Assembly (NCBI GenBank): GCA_963748215.1
Contig: CAVVHS010000005.1
Coordinates: 192,001 to 256,000 of the forward strand
From: an uncultured Gammaproteobacteria bacterium
GTDB lineage: Bacteria; Pseudomonadota; Gammaproteobacteria; UBA9214
Reading direction: 5' to 3'
DNA length: 64,000 bases
The notes beneath the pieces were generated by a model. It did not search any database. It was not told the origin of the DNA and saw only the letters and a list, made by a program, of their open reading frames with translations. Below, in pieces: positions 19,472-29,264 of this stretch. The position numbers were made by a program, and so were the translations under genes. Within the stretch, counting starts at the first letter, position 1, and each line of letters starts with the position of its first letter.

Positions 19472-20965
19472 ATGATGCCAAACCTGATCACACTGTCACG
19501 CGCCGCGCGCCTGGTCGGCGTCAAGCGCGGCACCCTGCAGAAAAAGATCCAGCAGGGCGAACTGCGTACCTTTGAGGGTGAGCTGTTGCTCGTCGACCTG
19601 CTGCACGCCTATCCGCAGACCGAAATCGAGGACAGCACCATGCTGGAGCGTGTGGGCGCCATCAAGGAACAGGCCGTCAACAAGATCATCCGCATGGATG
19701 CCGACAAGCCGGATGTCGATACGCTGTACGCGCGCGTCATGTCGCTGGGCAGGGAACTGGCCGCGGCCCGGTCACAGGCACGCCGCGGCGAGGGCATGAT
19801 CGAGAGCCTGAAGCGGAAATTCGATGAACTTCCTCCCGACGCTGCCGATGACAGGACGCGGGCCGAGGCATTCAGTAAACTCCGGCGCTGGTTTTACCAG
19901 GCACTGGGCACGGCGGAATCACCGGATGATTCGAGCGGTTTCATCGCGCAGGAGGCTTTTCTAAGGGTCATGGCAGCACAGGTTCGAATCCTGCCCAGCG
20001 GACACGAGTTTTTCATCGAAGGTTCCGACTCCATTCTCGAGGCCGGCCTGCGCGGCGGCCTGGCGCTCAACTACGGGTGCAGCAACGGCAATTGCGGTCT
20101 TTGCAAGTGCAAGGTGGTCTCGGGCGAGGTCAAGAAAATCGCGCCGCATGATTATGTACTCACCGAGGCGGAAAAGGGCCTGGGTTACATCCTTGCCTGC
20201 GCCAACACCGCGGTTACCGACGTGGTTCTGGATGCCGAGGAGGCGCACGGTTCGAGCGATATCCCGCTGCAGGAAATCGACGTAAAGTTGAAAAAGATCG
20301 AACGGCCGGACGACCGGCTGCTCGTCCTGCATGTCAAGACACCACGCACCAGGCGCCTGCGTTTCCTCGCCGGCCAGTACCTGGCGCTGAGCCATGGCGG
20401 GCAACCGGCACACGAATACTCCATCGCCAGTTGCCCCTGTGATGACATGAACCTGCAGTTTCATATCCCCGTGGCGGCCGGCGACCCGTTCGGCACGCAA
20501 CTCGACCAGCTCAAGCCCGGCAGCTGCCTGACTATCAGGGGACCGCGGGGCGAATTCACGCTCAACGAGGATTCGCCGCGCTCACTGGTGTTTATTGCCG
20601 GCAACGCCGGATTCGGCCCCGTCAAGAGCCTGATCGAGCATGCCATGGCACTCGACATCGCCGAGACCATCGAGCTGTTCTGGATCACCACACCGGATAA
20701 CAGTCACTACCTCGGCAATCTGTGCCGGTCCTGGGACGATGCGCTGGACAACTTCAGATACACAGCGCTAGAAGCCACCACCGAACAACCTGTCGAATCA
20801 CTGCTGCCCGGCATCCTCGAACGGCTGGACGATGCACAGGGGCTGGATTTCTATGCCTGCCTGCCCGGTCCGTTGCTGGACACCCTGGAGAGCTCCCTGC
20901 GGCAAAACGGCGTGCCCGCGCAGCAGGTCAAGCTGGAACCGGTGCGCCAGGGTGCGTCGGACTGA
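19472..20965 (+). CDS. N-terminal HTH/coiled-coil + 2Fe-2S ferredoxin + FAD/NAD(P) reductase fusion protein
   Basis: LSRAARLVGVKRGTLQKKI HTH-like segment; CSNGNCGLC...C cluster motif; YSIAS and AGNAGFGP motifs. Confidence 0.8.
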   Translation: MMPNLITLSRAARLVGVKRGTLQKKIQQGELRTFEGELLLVDLLHAYPQTEIEDSTMLERVGAIKEQAVNKIIRMDADKPDVDTLYARVMSLGRELAAARSQARRGEGMIESLKRKFDELPPDAADDRTRAEAFSKLRRWFYQALGTAESPDDSSGFIAQEAFLRVMAAQVRILPSGHEFFIEGSDSILEAGLRGGLALNYGCSNGNCGLCKCKVVSGEVKKIAPHDYVLTEAEKGLGYILACANTAVTDVVLDAEEAHGSSDIPLQEIDVKLKKIERPDDRLLVLHVKTPRTRRLRFLAGQYLALSHGGQPAHEYSIASCPCDDMNLQFHIPVAAGDPFGTQLDQLKPGSCLTIRGPRGEFTLNEDSPRSLVFIAGNAGFGPVKSLIEHAMALDIAETIELFWITTPDNSHYLGNLCRSWDDALDNFRYTALEATTEQPVESLLPGILERLDDAQGLDFYACLPGPLLDTLESSLRQNGVPAQQVKLEPVRQGASD

Positions 20966-21002
20966 GATTCATAAAAACCTGTCTCGCGGACGCGGTCCGC
21001 TG

Positions 21003-21377
21003 CTACTTGACGATCTTGAGTGACGGGCGCTTGCCGGGTGTGGGTTCGCTTGGGGTGGGTGGGCCGCCTTCCTGCTCGCTGAATACCATGCCGCGTCCGT
21101 TTTCCTTGGCATAGATGGCCAGCACCGAATCGACGGGTACGTACACGTCGGTCGCAATGCCGCCGAAACGTGCCCGGAACGCAACGGCGTCATTGCCGAG
21201 ATTGAGACCCTCGACGGCGGCAGGGCTGATATTCAGGACAATCTTGCCGTTCTGCCCCTGCTGGGCCGGGATATCAACACCCTCACCCTCCATATCCACC
21301 AGCAGGTGCGGCGTCATGCTGTTATCCAGGATCCACTCATGGATGGCGCGGACGAGATACGGACGACTGCTGTTCAT
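21003..21377 (-). CDS. sspB: ClpXP specificity factor SspB
   Basis: RPYLVRAIHEWILDN, ARFGG, IYAKENG and C-terminal LKIVK. Confidence 0.95.
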   Translation of the reverse strand: MNSSRPYLVRAIHEWILDNSMTPHLLVDMEGEGVDIPAQQGQNGKIVLNISPAAVEGLNLGNDAVAFRARFGGIATDVYVPVDSVLAIYAKENGRGMVFSEQEGGPPTPSEPTPGKRPSLKIVK

Positions 21378-21471
21378 GGGCGGAACGATACTAGGAAAAC
21401 AGCCGGAAAACCAATCGTGATTGTCAGCGCGGCGACGCAGCATACGCGACGCGCGGCGGGTTGCGACTCGA

Positions 21472-22095
21472 TCAGTCGCGCATCTCCCGCTCGACCTCGG
21501 AGAGGCTTTCCTGGAAGGATTCACGCGCAAACAGGCGTTCCGCATAGTCGAGCACAGGCTTGGCCTGGCGCGGCAACTCGATGCCGTAGTGCTTTGTCCG
21601 CCACAGGATCGGCAGAATACTGGCATCCACCAGCGAGAACTCGTCGCTCAGGAAAAACGGTTTGGCCGCGAACACCTCGGCACTCGACGTAAGGCTGTCG
21701 CGCAGTTGCTTGCGTGCCTTGGAGGCGGTCTTCTCCCCCTTCGACTCCAGTGCCGGGATCAGGCTGTACCAGTCCTGTTCGATCCGGTACAGCGCCAGCC
21801 GCGTCCGTGCGCGCGACACCGGATCGACCGGCATCAGCGGCGGATGCGGAAAGCGCTCGTCAAGGTACTCCATGATCGCACGCGGGTCGTACAGCACCAG
21901 TTCGCGGTCGACCAGGGTCGGTACGGTGTTGTAGGGATTCAGATCGATCAGGTCTTCAGGCTTGCTGTTGTCGACCTCGACAATCTCCACAGTGATGCCT
22001 TTCTCGGCAAGCACCACGCGAACCCGGTGACTCTGCGAACAGCTTGCAGAGGAAAACAGACTCATCACGGAACGACGGTTCGCTACCAGTGCCAT
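21472..22095 (-). CDS. sspA: Stringent starvation protein A
   Basis: ANRRSVMSLFS and YLDERFPHPPLMPV motifs. Confidence 0.95.
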   Translation of the reverse strand: MALVANRRSVMSLFSSASCSQSHRVRVVLAEKGITVEIVEVDNSKPEDLIDLNPYNTVPTLVDRELVLYDPRAIMEYLDERFPHPPLMPVDPVSRARTRLALYRIEQDWYSLIPALESKGEKTASKARKQLRDSLTSSAEVFAAKPFFLSDEFSLVDASILPILWRTKHYGIELPRQAKPVLDYAERLFARESFQESLSEVEREMRD

Positions 22096-22150
22096 ATTGT
22101 ATATTCCTTTGAAAATGGAATGATCCTCTCGTACCTGTGTGATTGAGTGT

Positions 22151-22891
22151 TCAGTGGATGTCTTTCCAGTAATCACGCTTCATCAGGTAGGCCACTACCA
22201 GCAGTAACAGCAGGAACATAATGACCTTCACGCCCAGGGCGCGCCGCTCATGCTTGGCGGGCTCGCCCATGTAGTCGAGGAAGTTCACCAGGTCGCGGAT
22301 AGCACGATCATACTCCTTCGGCGTCAGAAGGCCCGGCTCGACCAGTTCCAGGGAAACCGCCTTGGTCTCGCCGCCATCCTCTTTCTTGACGGTATGGATC
22401 ACCGCTTCCTGCCAGCCCTGCAGTTCCCAGAGCACGTGCGGCATGCCGACGTCCGGGAATACCAGATTGTTGACGCCGGTGATCTTGGAGCTGTCACGAT
22501 AGAAGCTGCGCATGTAATTGTACAGCCAGTCGACACCACGCGAGCGGGCGATCACGGTCAGGTCCGGTGGCACGATGCCGAACCATTCCTTGGCATCCTC
22601 GGGGTGGGTAGCCACCGTCATCAGTTCACCCGTCTTGCCGCCGCTGAATACCAGGTTCTCGGCAACCAGTTTATCCTTGATGCCCAGGTCCTTGCCGATA
22701 CGCTCGTAGCGCATCAGTGCCGCCGAGTGACAGCTCAGGCAGTAGTTGACGAACAGGCGCGCACCGCGCTGCAGCGATGACTTGTTGTTCGGGTCGATGT
22801 TTGCCTCGTCCATGTGCATACCGCTGCCACTCGAGGCAAACGCCCAGGCCGGTGCCAGCACCAGCAGAACGGCGATAAGTTGCTTTTTCAT
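22151..22891 (-). CDS. petC: Cytochrome c1
   Basis: NYCLSCH, PPDL and C-terminal TM followed by YWKDIH. Confidence 0.95.
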   Translation of the reverse strand: MKKQLIAVLLVLAPAWAFASSGSGMHMDEANIDPNNKSSLQRGARLFVNYCLSCHSAALMRYERIGKDLGIKDKLVAENLVFSGGKTGELMTVATHPEDAKEWFGIVPPDLTVIARSRGVDWLYNYMRSFYRDSSKITGVNNLVFPDVGMPHVLWELQGWQEAVIHTVKKEDGGETKAVSLELVEPGLLTPKEYDRAIRDLVNFLDYMGEPAKHERRALGVKVIMFLLLLLVVAYLMKRDYWKDIH

Positions 22892-24138
22892 GATGTCACC
22901 CTGTCAGGTACCGGTTTGGTCTTGTCCATTTTCGTGTAAATGGGCATCAGGAGGAAAAACGCAAAGTAGATGATCGTGCACACGCGGGCGATGATGGTGT
23001 ATAGCGCGGTCGGCGCCTCCATGCCCAGCCAGCCCAGGATGATGAAGCTGACCACGAACAGGGCCAGCCAGACCTTGTAGACGGTACCGCGGTAGCGGAT
23101 GGACTTGACCGGGCTGCGGTCCAGCCAGGGCAGAAAAAACATCACCACGATCGCCAGCGCCATCGCCAGCACACCCGGGAACGAGGAACCCCCGATCGAC
23201 GGCACCGCGCGCAGGATGGCGTAGAACGGCGTGAAGTACCACACCGGCGCGATATGCTCCGGGGTCTTCAGCGGATCGGCCGGGATGAAGTTGTTGGCCT
23301 CGAGGAAATACCCGCCCATCTCCGGCATGAAGAACACCACGATGGAGAAGAAGATCAGGAACACGACCACGCCGACGATGTCCTTCACGGTGTAGTACGG
23401 GTGGAACGGGATACCGTCCAGCGGAATGCCGTTGGCGTCCTTGTTTTTCTTGATCTCGACACCGTCCGGGTTGTTGGACCCCACCTCGTGCAGCGCCAGG
23501 ATATGCAGCACCACCAGCGCCAGCAGCACGATCGGCACGGCGATGACATGAAAGGCGAAGAAGCGGTTCAGCGTGGCATCGGCAACGACGTAGTCACCGC
23601 GAATCCAGATGGCAATGGTTTCACCGATACCCGGAATGGCACCAAACAGGTTGATAATGACCTGTGCGCCCCAGTAGGACATCTGGCCCCAGGGCAGCAG
23701 GTAGCCCATGAAGGCCTCCGCCATCAGGGCGACGTAGATGATCATGCCGAAGATCCAGATCAGCTCGCGCGGTTTCTTGAACGAGCCGTAGATCAGGCCG
23801 CGGAACATGTGCAGGTACACGACGACGAAGAACGCCGAGGCGCCGGTCGAATGCATGTAGCGCATCAGCCAGCCCCAGTTCACGTCGCGCATGATGTACT
23901 CGACTGAATCGAAGGCCAGTTCGGCGTCGGGCTTGTAGTTCATGGTCAGCCAGATGCCGGTCACGATCTGCAGCACCAGCACCATCAGCGCCAGCGAGCC
24001 GAAGAAGTACCAGAAGTTGAAGTTCTTCGGTGCGTAGTACCGTGCCAGGTGGTCGTTCCACATGCTGCTCAGCGGGAAACGCGCATCGATCCAGCCGAGC
24101 AGACCGCCCTGCCATTTTTCACTCGTGTTGCCAGCCAT
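22888..24138 (-). CDS. petB: Cytochrome b
   Basis: YMHSTGAS, PWGQMSYWG and PVWY motifs. Confidence 0.97.
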   Translation of the reverse strand: MAGNTSEKWQGGLLGWIDARFPLSSMWNDHLARYYAPKNFNFWYFFGSLALMVLVLQIVTGIWLTMNYKPDAELAFDSVEYIMRDVNWGWLMRYMHSTGASAFFVVVYLHMFRGLIYGSFKKPRELIWIFGMIIYVALMAEAFMGYLLPWGQMSYWGAQVIINLFGAIPGIGETIAIWIRGDYVVADATLNRFFAFHVIAVPIVLLALVVLHILALHEVGSNNPDGVEIKKNKDANGIPLDGIPFHPYYTVKDIVGVVVFLIFFSIVVFFMPEMGGYFLEANNFIPADPLKTPEHIAPVWYFTPFYAILRAVPSIGGSSFPGVLAMALAIVVMFFLPWLDRSPVKSIRYRGTVYKVWLALFVVSFIILGWLGMEAPTALYTIIARVCTIIYFAFFLLMPIYTKMDKTKPVPDRVTS

Positions 24139-24731
24139 TATGCGGTCTCCTTGTCATCGCCGATCAGGATTTCGGCATCACTCAGGTAGCGGTAGGGCGG
24201 GACCGGCAGGTTCTTCGGTGCCGGCACGCCCTTGAACACACGCCCGGCCATATCGAACTTGGAACCGTGGCAGGGGCAGAAGAAACCGCCCTGCCATTCC
24301 GGACCCAGGTCGGCCGGGGCCACATCGGGGCGGTAAGTCGGCGAGCAGCCGAGATGGGTGCAGATGCCGATCAGCACCAGGATTTCCGGCTTGATCGCAC
24401 GATCTTCGTTCCGTGCATAGTCAGGCTGATCAGAAACCAGTGACTCAGGATCGGCCAGCTCGGCATCCAGACCGGGCAGCTTTTGGAGGATGTCCTCAGT
24501 GCGCTTGACGATCCACACCGGCTTGCCGCGCCACTTGACGCGAATCATCTGGCCGGGTTGCAGCTTGCTGATGTCGGCCCGCACCGGCGCCCCGGCGGCG
24601 CGCGCCTTGGCGCTGGGCTGCATGGAAGAAATAAACGGTACCAGGAAAAAACCGACGCCCACCGCACCCACGACTGTGGTGGCTGCGGTCAGGAATCGGC
24701 GTCTGCCGGAATTGGTTTCCTCGCCACTCAT
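24138..24731 (-). CDS. petA: Rieske iron-sulfur subunit
   Basis: Tat RRRFL signal; CTHLGC and CPCHGS motifs. Confidence 0.96.
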   Translation of the reverse strand: MSGEETNSGRRRFLTAATTVVGAVGVGFFLVPFISSMQPSAKARAAGAPVRADISKLQPGQMIRVKWRGKPVWIVKRTEDILQKLPGLDAELADPESLVSDQPDYARNEDRAIKPEILVLIGICTHLGCSPTYRPDVAPADLGPEWQGGFFCPCHGSKFDMAGRVFKGVPAPKNLPVPPYRYLSDAEILIGDDKETA

Positions 24732-24953
24732 AGGGGCAATCTCCAGAGTTTTATAAAAAATACAGTGAGTTATCTGCGCCCCGCCGCATGACGCCGGCAC
24801 GGGACGCATAACAATCATTTCGGAATATTCTGAATTGTTTCAGGCAGATTCCAAGGGCCGTATAGGATCGTCGAAGTACCTGCCAAGGTCAAGGGGAACG
24901 CGGGCTTGAAGCGGCCTGTCCGGGGCGGTGTCAGAACGCCGGCGGCAATGGCC

Positions 24954-25712
24954 TCATACCGGGTTATCGATATCGATGAAGTGATGTTGCAGCGCGAAAT
25001 GCCCGGCCAGGTGTTCGCCCAGCGCGCAGGCGCCGAAGCGCTCCGTGGCATGATGGCCGGCCGCGAAGTAATGAATTCCCGCCTCGCGCGCCACATGTAC
25101 GGTCTGCTCGGAGATCTCGCCGCTGATAAAGGCGTCGAGTCCCTGATCGGCCGCGGCCTCGAGGTAGGACTGCGCCGCGCCGGTACACCAGCCGACGCGC
25201 TCGATCTGCGGCGTGCTGCCCGCGACGTGCTGGGGCGAGCGGCCCAGGCTGCTTTCCAGGTATTCACAGAATGCGGCGGCATCCAGCGGCCGCGACAGGC
25301 GCCCGTAATGCGCCAGCTGCATACCGCCGTCGTCGCCGAAGTGCCCTTCCGTCTGCAGTCCAAGCACGCGTGCCAGCTGGGTGTTGTTACCGAGTTTGGC
25401 ATGTGCGTCGAGCGGCAGGTGGTAGGCCAGCAGACTGATGCCGGCATTGAGCAGCGCCTGCAGGCGGCGCCGCTTCATGCCGGTCACGCAGGGACTCTCG
25501 CCTTTCCAGAAATAGCCGTGGTGCACCAGCAAGGCATCGGCATCGGTCGCGGCCGCGGCCTCGATCAATGCCATACTCGCGGTCACGCCGCTGACCAGTA
25601 CCTGCACCTGCCCGCCTCCCTCGACCTGGAGGCCGTTGGGGCAGTAATCGCTGAAGCTGGTCACGTCGAGCAGTTTGTTCGTATAATCAACCAGTTCTTT
25701 CAAGGCTACCAT
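24954..25712 (-). CDS. Nif3-like dinuclear metal-centre protein
   Basis: DYCPNGLQVEG, VHHG, YHLPLDAH and GHHATE motifs. Confidence 0.93.
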   Translation of the reverse strand: MVALKELVDYTNKLLDVTSFSDYCPNGLQVEGGGQVQVLVSGVTASMALIEAAAATDADALLVHHGYFWKGESPCVTGMKRRRLQALLNAGISLLAYHLPLDAHAKLGNNTQLARVLGLQTEGHFGDDGGMQLAHYGRLSRPLDAAAFCEYLESSLGRSPQHVAGSTPQIERVGWCTGAAQSYLEAAADQGLDAFISGEISEQTVHVAREAGIHYFAAGHHATERFGACALGEHLAGHFALQHHFIDIDNPV

Positions 25713-25784
25713 CGCGTGACTTCCTGTACAGGTTTGCGACCCGGCAAACGGGGAACGCCGTGGAGTACACAGGGTAACCGACCC

Positions 25785-26981
25785 ATGTCAATTCGCAAGC
25801 CTTTCAACTTCATACTGCAGACCGTCGTCATCGGCCTGGCGGCCGCATTCGTCTATGTCCTGCTCATCGAGCCGCAACTGCTCAAGCACGACACCAATGT
25901 CGTGGAAGTCACGGAGACCCCGACCACGATACCCGGGGAACCGCCACTGCGCGGCGGCGCGTTCAACGGCATGGCCATAGGACCGGTGTCCTATGCAGAC
26001 GCGGTGCAGCGCGCGGCACCGGCCGTGGTCAACGTCCATACCGCCAAGGTCATCACCCGCAAGGTGCACCCGCTGCTCGATGACCCCGTGTTCCGGCATT
26101 TTTTCGGCAACCGCATCGGACAATCGCGGCGCGAGATACAGACCAGCCTCGGTTCGGGGGTGCTCATCAGCAAGCAAGGCTACGTGCTCACCAACAACCA
26201 TGTCATCGACGGCGCGGACGAGATCCAGGTGCTGCTGGCTGACGGCCGCAGCATGCAGGCCACGGTAGTCGGCGCCGATGCCGACACCGACATCGCCGTG
26301 CTGCACATCAAGGCCGACAACCTGCCGGCCATTGTCATCGGCAACTCGAAGCGCCTGCGAGTAGGCGACGTGGCGCTGGCGATCGGCAATCCCTTCGGCG
26401 TCGGCCAGACCGTCACCTTCGGCATCATCAGCGCGACCGGTCGCGACCACCTCGGCATCAATGCCTTCGAGGAATTCATCCAGACCGATGCGGCCATCAA
26501 TCCCGGCAACTCGGGCGGCGCACTGATCAACGCCACCGGCGAACTGATAGGCATCAACTCGGCGATCTACAGCCGCTCCGGCGGTTCGCAGGGTATCGGC
26601 TTCGCCATCCCCATCAACCTGGCCAAGGGCGTCATGACGCAGATCATCGAACAGGGCCATGTGGTGCGCGGCTGGCTCGGCATCGAGGCCCAGGACCTGA
26701 CACCGCAGCTGGCGGAGTCGTTCAAGCTGGACAGCGTGCACGGCGTACTGATCTCCGGCGTGCTGCGAGAAGGACCGGCTGACAAGGCCGGGTTGCTGCC
26801 CGGCGACGTCGTCAACAGCATCAACGGGCGCGACGTGAACGACAGCAACGCGGCAATGAAGGTCATCTCCGAACAGACACCGGATACGGTGATCGTGCTG
26901 GGCGGGGTGCGCGAGTCCAAACCCTTCTATCTCAAGGTGCGCGTACAGCAGCGCCCGCGCCAGGCGGGACTCGGCAACTAG
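25785..26981 (+). CDS. degS: DegS/HtrA-type serine protease with PDZ domain
   Basis: N-terminal TM; TNNHV and QTDAAINPGNSGG motifs; single PDZ; position next to hisC. Confidence 0.85.
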   Translation: MSIRKPFNFILQTVVIGLAAAFVYVLLIEPQLLKHDTNVVEVTETPTTIPGEPPLRGGAFNGMAIGPVSYADAVQRAAPAVVNVHTAKVITRKVHPLLDDPVFRHFFGNRIGQSRREIQTSLGSGVLISKQGYVLTNNHVIDGADEIQVLLADGRSMQATVVGADADTDIAVLHIKADNLPAIVIGNSKRLRVGDVALAIGNPFGVGQTVTFGIISATGRDHLGINAFEEFIQTDAAINPGNSGGALINATGELIGINSAIYSRSGGSQGIGFAIPINLAKGVMTQIIEQGHVVRGWLGIEAQDLTPQLAESFKLDSVHGVLISGVLREGPADKAGLLPGDVVNSINGRDVNDSNAAMKVISEQTPDTVIVLGGVRESKPFYLKVRVQQRPRQAGLGN

Positions 26982-28167
26982 TGAGACGTGAGACGTGAAC
27001 AGAAGAATAGCCACGGAATCCACGGAAGAACACGGAAAAATAAAAACCGCAGTGTAGGGTGCGTTTTACGCACCAGCTATATCTGTTGCAATGAAAAAAT
27101 AATATTTTCCGTGTGCTTCCGTGGCTATTGCTTAGCTCACCTGACATTTGGCAGAGTGCGCTACGCGGACCTTACGCGGTGCGTTCAACGTACCCTACAC
27201 ATTCGTCTGTGTGTTTCCGTGGCCAGTAGTCAGTCCACATTTCACGTCTCACGTCTCACGTCTCACGTCTCACGCTGTCTTACCCCACCGCCGGGGGTTG
27301 GAATATTTTTCCGTGTTCTCCCGTGGATTCCGTGGCTATTCAAATTAAATCGGCAAGTTGTAGGGTGCACTTTGTGCACCATTCCCGGTGCGTAAAACGC
27401 ACCCTACGCATTCGTCTGTGTGTTTCCGTGTGTTTCCGTGGCTATTCTTCTGTTCACGTCTCACGTCTCACGTCTCACGCTGTCTTACCCCACCGCCGGG
27501 AGTTGGAATATTTTTCCGTGTTCTTCCGTGGATTCCGTGGCTATTCAAATTAAATCGGCAAGTTGTAGGGTGCACTTTGTGCACCATTCCCGGTGCGTAA
27601 AACGCACCCTACGCATTCGTCTGTGTGTTTCCGTGTGTTTCCGTGGCTATTCTTCTGTTCACGTCTCACGTGTCACGCTGTCTTACCCCACCGCCGGGGG
27701 TTGGAATATTTTTCCGTGTACTTCCGTGGATTCCGTGGCTATTCAAATTAAATCGGCAAGTTGTAGGGTGCACTTTGTGCACCATTCCCGGTGCGTAAAA
27801 CGCACCCTACGCATTCGTCTGTGTGTTTCCGTGTGTTTCCGTGGCTATTCTTCTGTTCACGTCTCACGTCTCACGTCTCACGCTGTCTTACCCCACCGCC
27901 GGAGTTGGAATATTTTTCCGTGTTCTCCCGTGGATTCCGTGGCTATTCAAATTAAATCGGCAAGTTGTAGGGTGCACTTTGTGCACCATTCCCGGTGCGT
28001 AAAACGCACCCTACGCATTCGTCTGTGTGTTTCCGTGTGTTTCCGTGGCTATTCTTCTGTTCACGTCTCACGTGTCACGTCTCACGCTGTCTTACCCCAC
28101 CGCCGGAGTTGGAATATTTTTCCGTGTTCTCCCGTGGATTCCGTGGCATTCAAATTATATCGGCAAG
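26981..28167. repeat. Composite tandem array (~198-205-bp units, 4 intact + 1 degenerate) anchored on the hisC 3' end, plus an inverted partial copy
   Basis: tcaaatta(a/t)atcggcaag at 27340, 27545, 27743, 27947 and 28150. Confidence 0.95.
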
Positions 28168-29229
28168 CGCGGCGAGGAAGGCCGCATTTTCCTGCGGTTG
28201 CCCCACCGTCACGCGCAGGCAATCGCGCAGCGCCGGTAGCGTGCCATCCAGGTTCTTGATCAGGATGCCGGCCTGTTTCAGGGCCGCGAAGATCTCCCCG
28301 GCACGCCCGGCCGGCACGCGGAACAGGATGAAGTTCGCTTCACTCGAATACACCACCAGCTGTCCGAACCTGCGCAGCCCGGCGTCGAGTGCGGCGCGTG
28401 CCGTGCGGATCTGCCGGGCCTGTGCATCGAACACATCCCGGTGTTCGAGCGCCAGCACACCGGTCACCTGGTTGAGCGTGCCGATGTTATAGGGCAGGCG
28501 CGTCTTGTCGATCTGCGCAATCCATTCCGGGTTACCGGCCAGCAGCCCCAGCCGCAACCCGGCCAGGCCGAGCTTGGATACGGTGCGCAGCACCAGCAGG
28601 TTTTCAGAGTGCTCCAGCTCCGGCATGAAGCTCGCGTCGGTGAACGGTGCATAGGCCTCGTCCACCACCACCAGGCCACTGGAACGTTCTAGTATCTCGC
28701 GGATAACGGCGGCATCGAACAGGTTGCCGGTCGGGTTATTCGGATAGGCCAGGAAGATCACCGCCGGCTGCGTGTTCACCACGCTATCCAGCACCGACTG
28801 CCGGTCCAGCGCAAACTGCGCGTCCAGCGGCACGCCGACGAACTCCAGCCCGGCAACGGTGGCGATCTGCCGGTACATGACGAAGGTCGGCTCCGGCGCC
28901 ATGATGACGCGCCCGGGCCCTGCCACGGTCTGGATGATCATCTGGATGAGCTCGTCGGAGCCGTTGCCGGGCATCACCCCGGCCGCGGCCGGCACACCCA
29001 TCGCCGCACGCAGCGCAACCTGCAGCGCGTGCGCGGACGGGTCTGGATATCGATTCAGCTCCAGCGCATGCAACGCCTCCAGCCACGCGGCACGCAGGTC
29101 TTCCGGCCACGGCCACGGGTTTTCCATGGCATCGAGCTTGATCATACCCGTCGCCGGCGGCACGTGGTAGGCGCTCATGGCCTGTATTTCCGGGCGCACC
29201 AACTGTTTGATCCGATCCTTTAACGACAT
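28150..29229 (-). CDS. hisC: Histidinol-phosphate aminotransferase
   Basis: NRYPD, GNGSDELI, PNNPTG, DEAY and RTVSK motifs; start at MSLKD. Confidence 0.95.
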   Translation of the reverse strand: MSLKDRIKQLVRPEIQAMSAYHVPPATGMIKLDAMENPWPWPEDLRAAWLEALHALELNRYPDPSAHALQVALRAAMGVPAAAGVMPGNGSDELIQMIIQTVAGPGRVIMAPEPTFVMYRQIATVAGLEFVGVPLDAQFALDRQSVLDSVVNTQPAVIFLAYPNNPTGNLFDAAVIREILERSSGLVVVDEAYAPFTDASFMPELEHSENLLVLRTVSKLGLAGLRLGLLAGNPEWIAQIDKTRLPYNIGTLNQVTGVLALEHRDVFDAQARQIRTARAALDAGLRRFGQLVVYSSEANFILFRVPAGRAGEIFAALKQAGILIKNLDGTLPALRDCLRVTVGQPQENAAFLAALADII

Positions 29230-29264
29230 CGCTATTCCTAACCAATATTCAATGGTGTGATGTT

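Noticed and set aside
24906-25784. Long N-terminal extension of DegS (691-aa ORF)
   Set aside because: Overlaps the Nif3 gene antisense; the real start is probably 25785, just before the TM segment
27150-28167. CRISPR array interpretation
   Set aside because: Units are ~200 bp and near-identical throughout, with no unique spacers and no cas genes in the window
27323-28259. ORFs across the array (e.g. 27420..28259, 279 aa)
   Set aside because: They are translations of repeats that change frame between units, and the end overlaps hisC antisense
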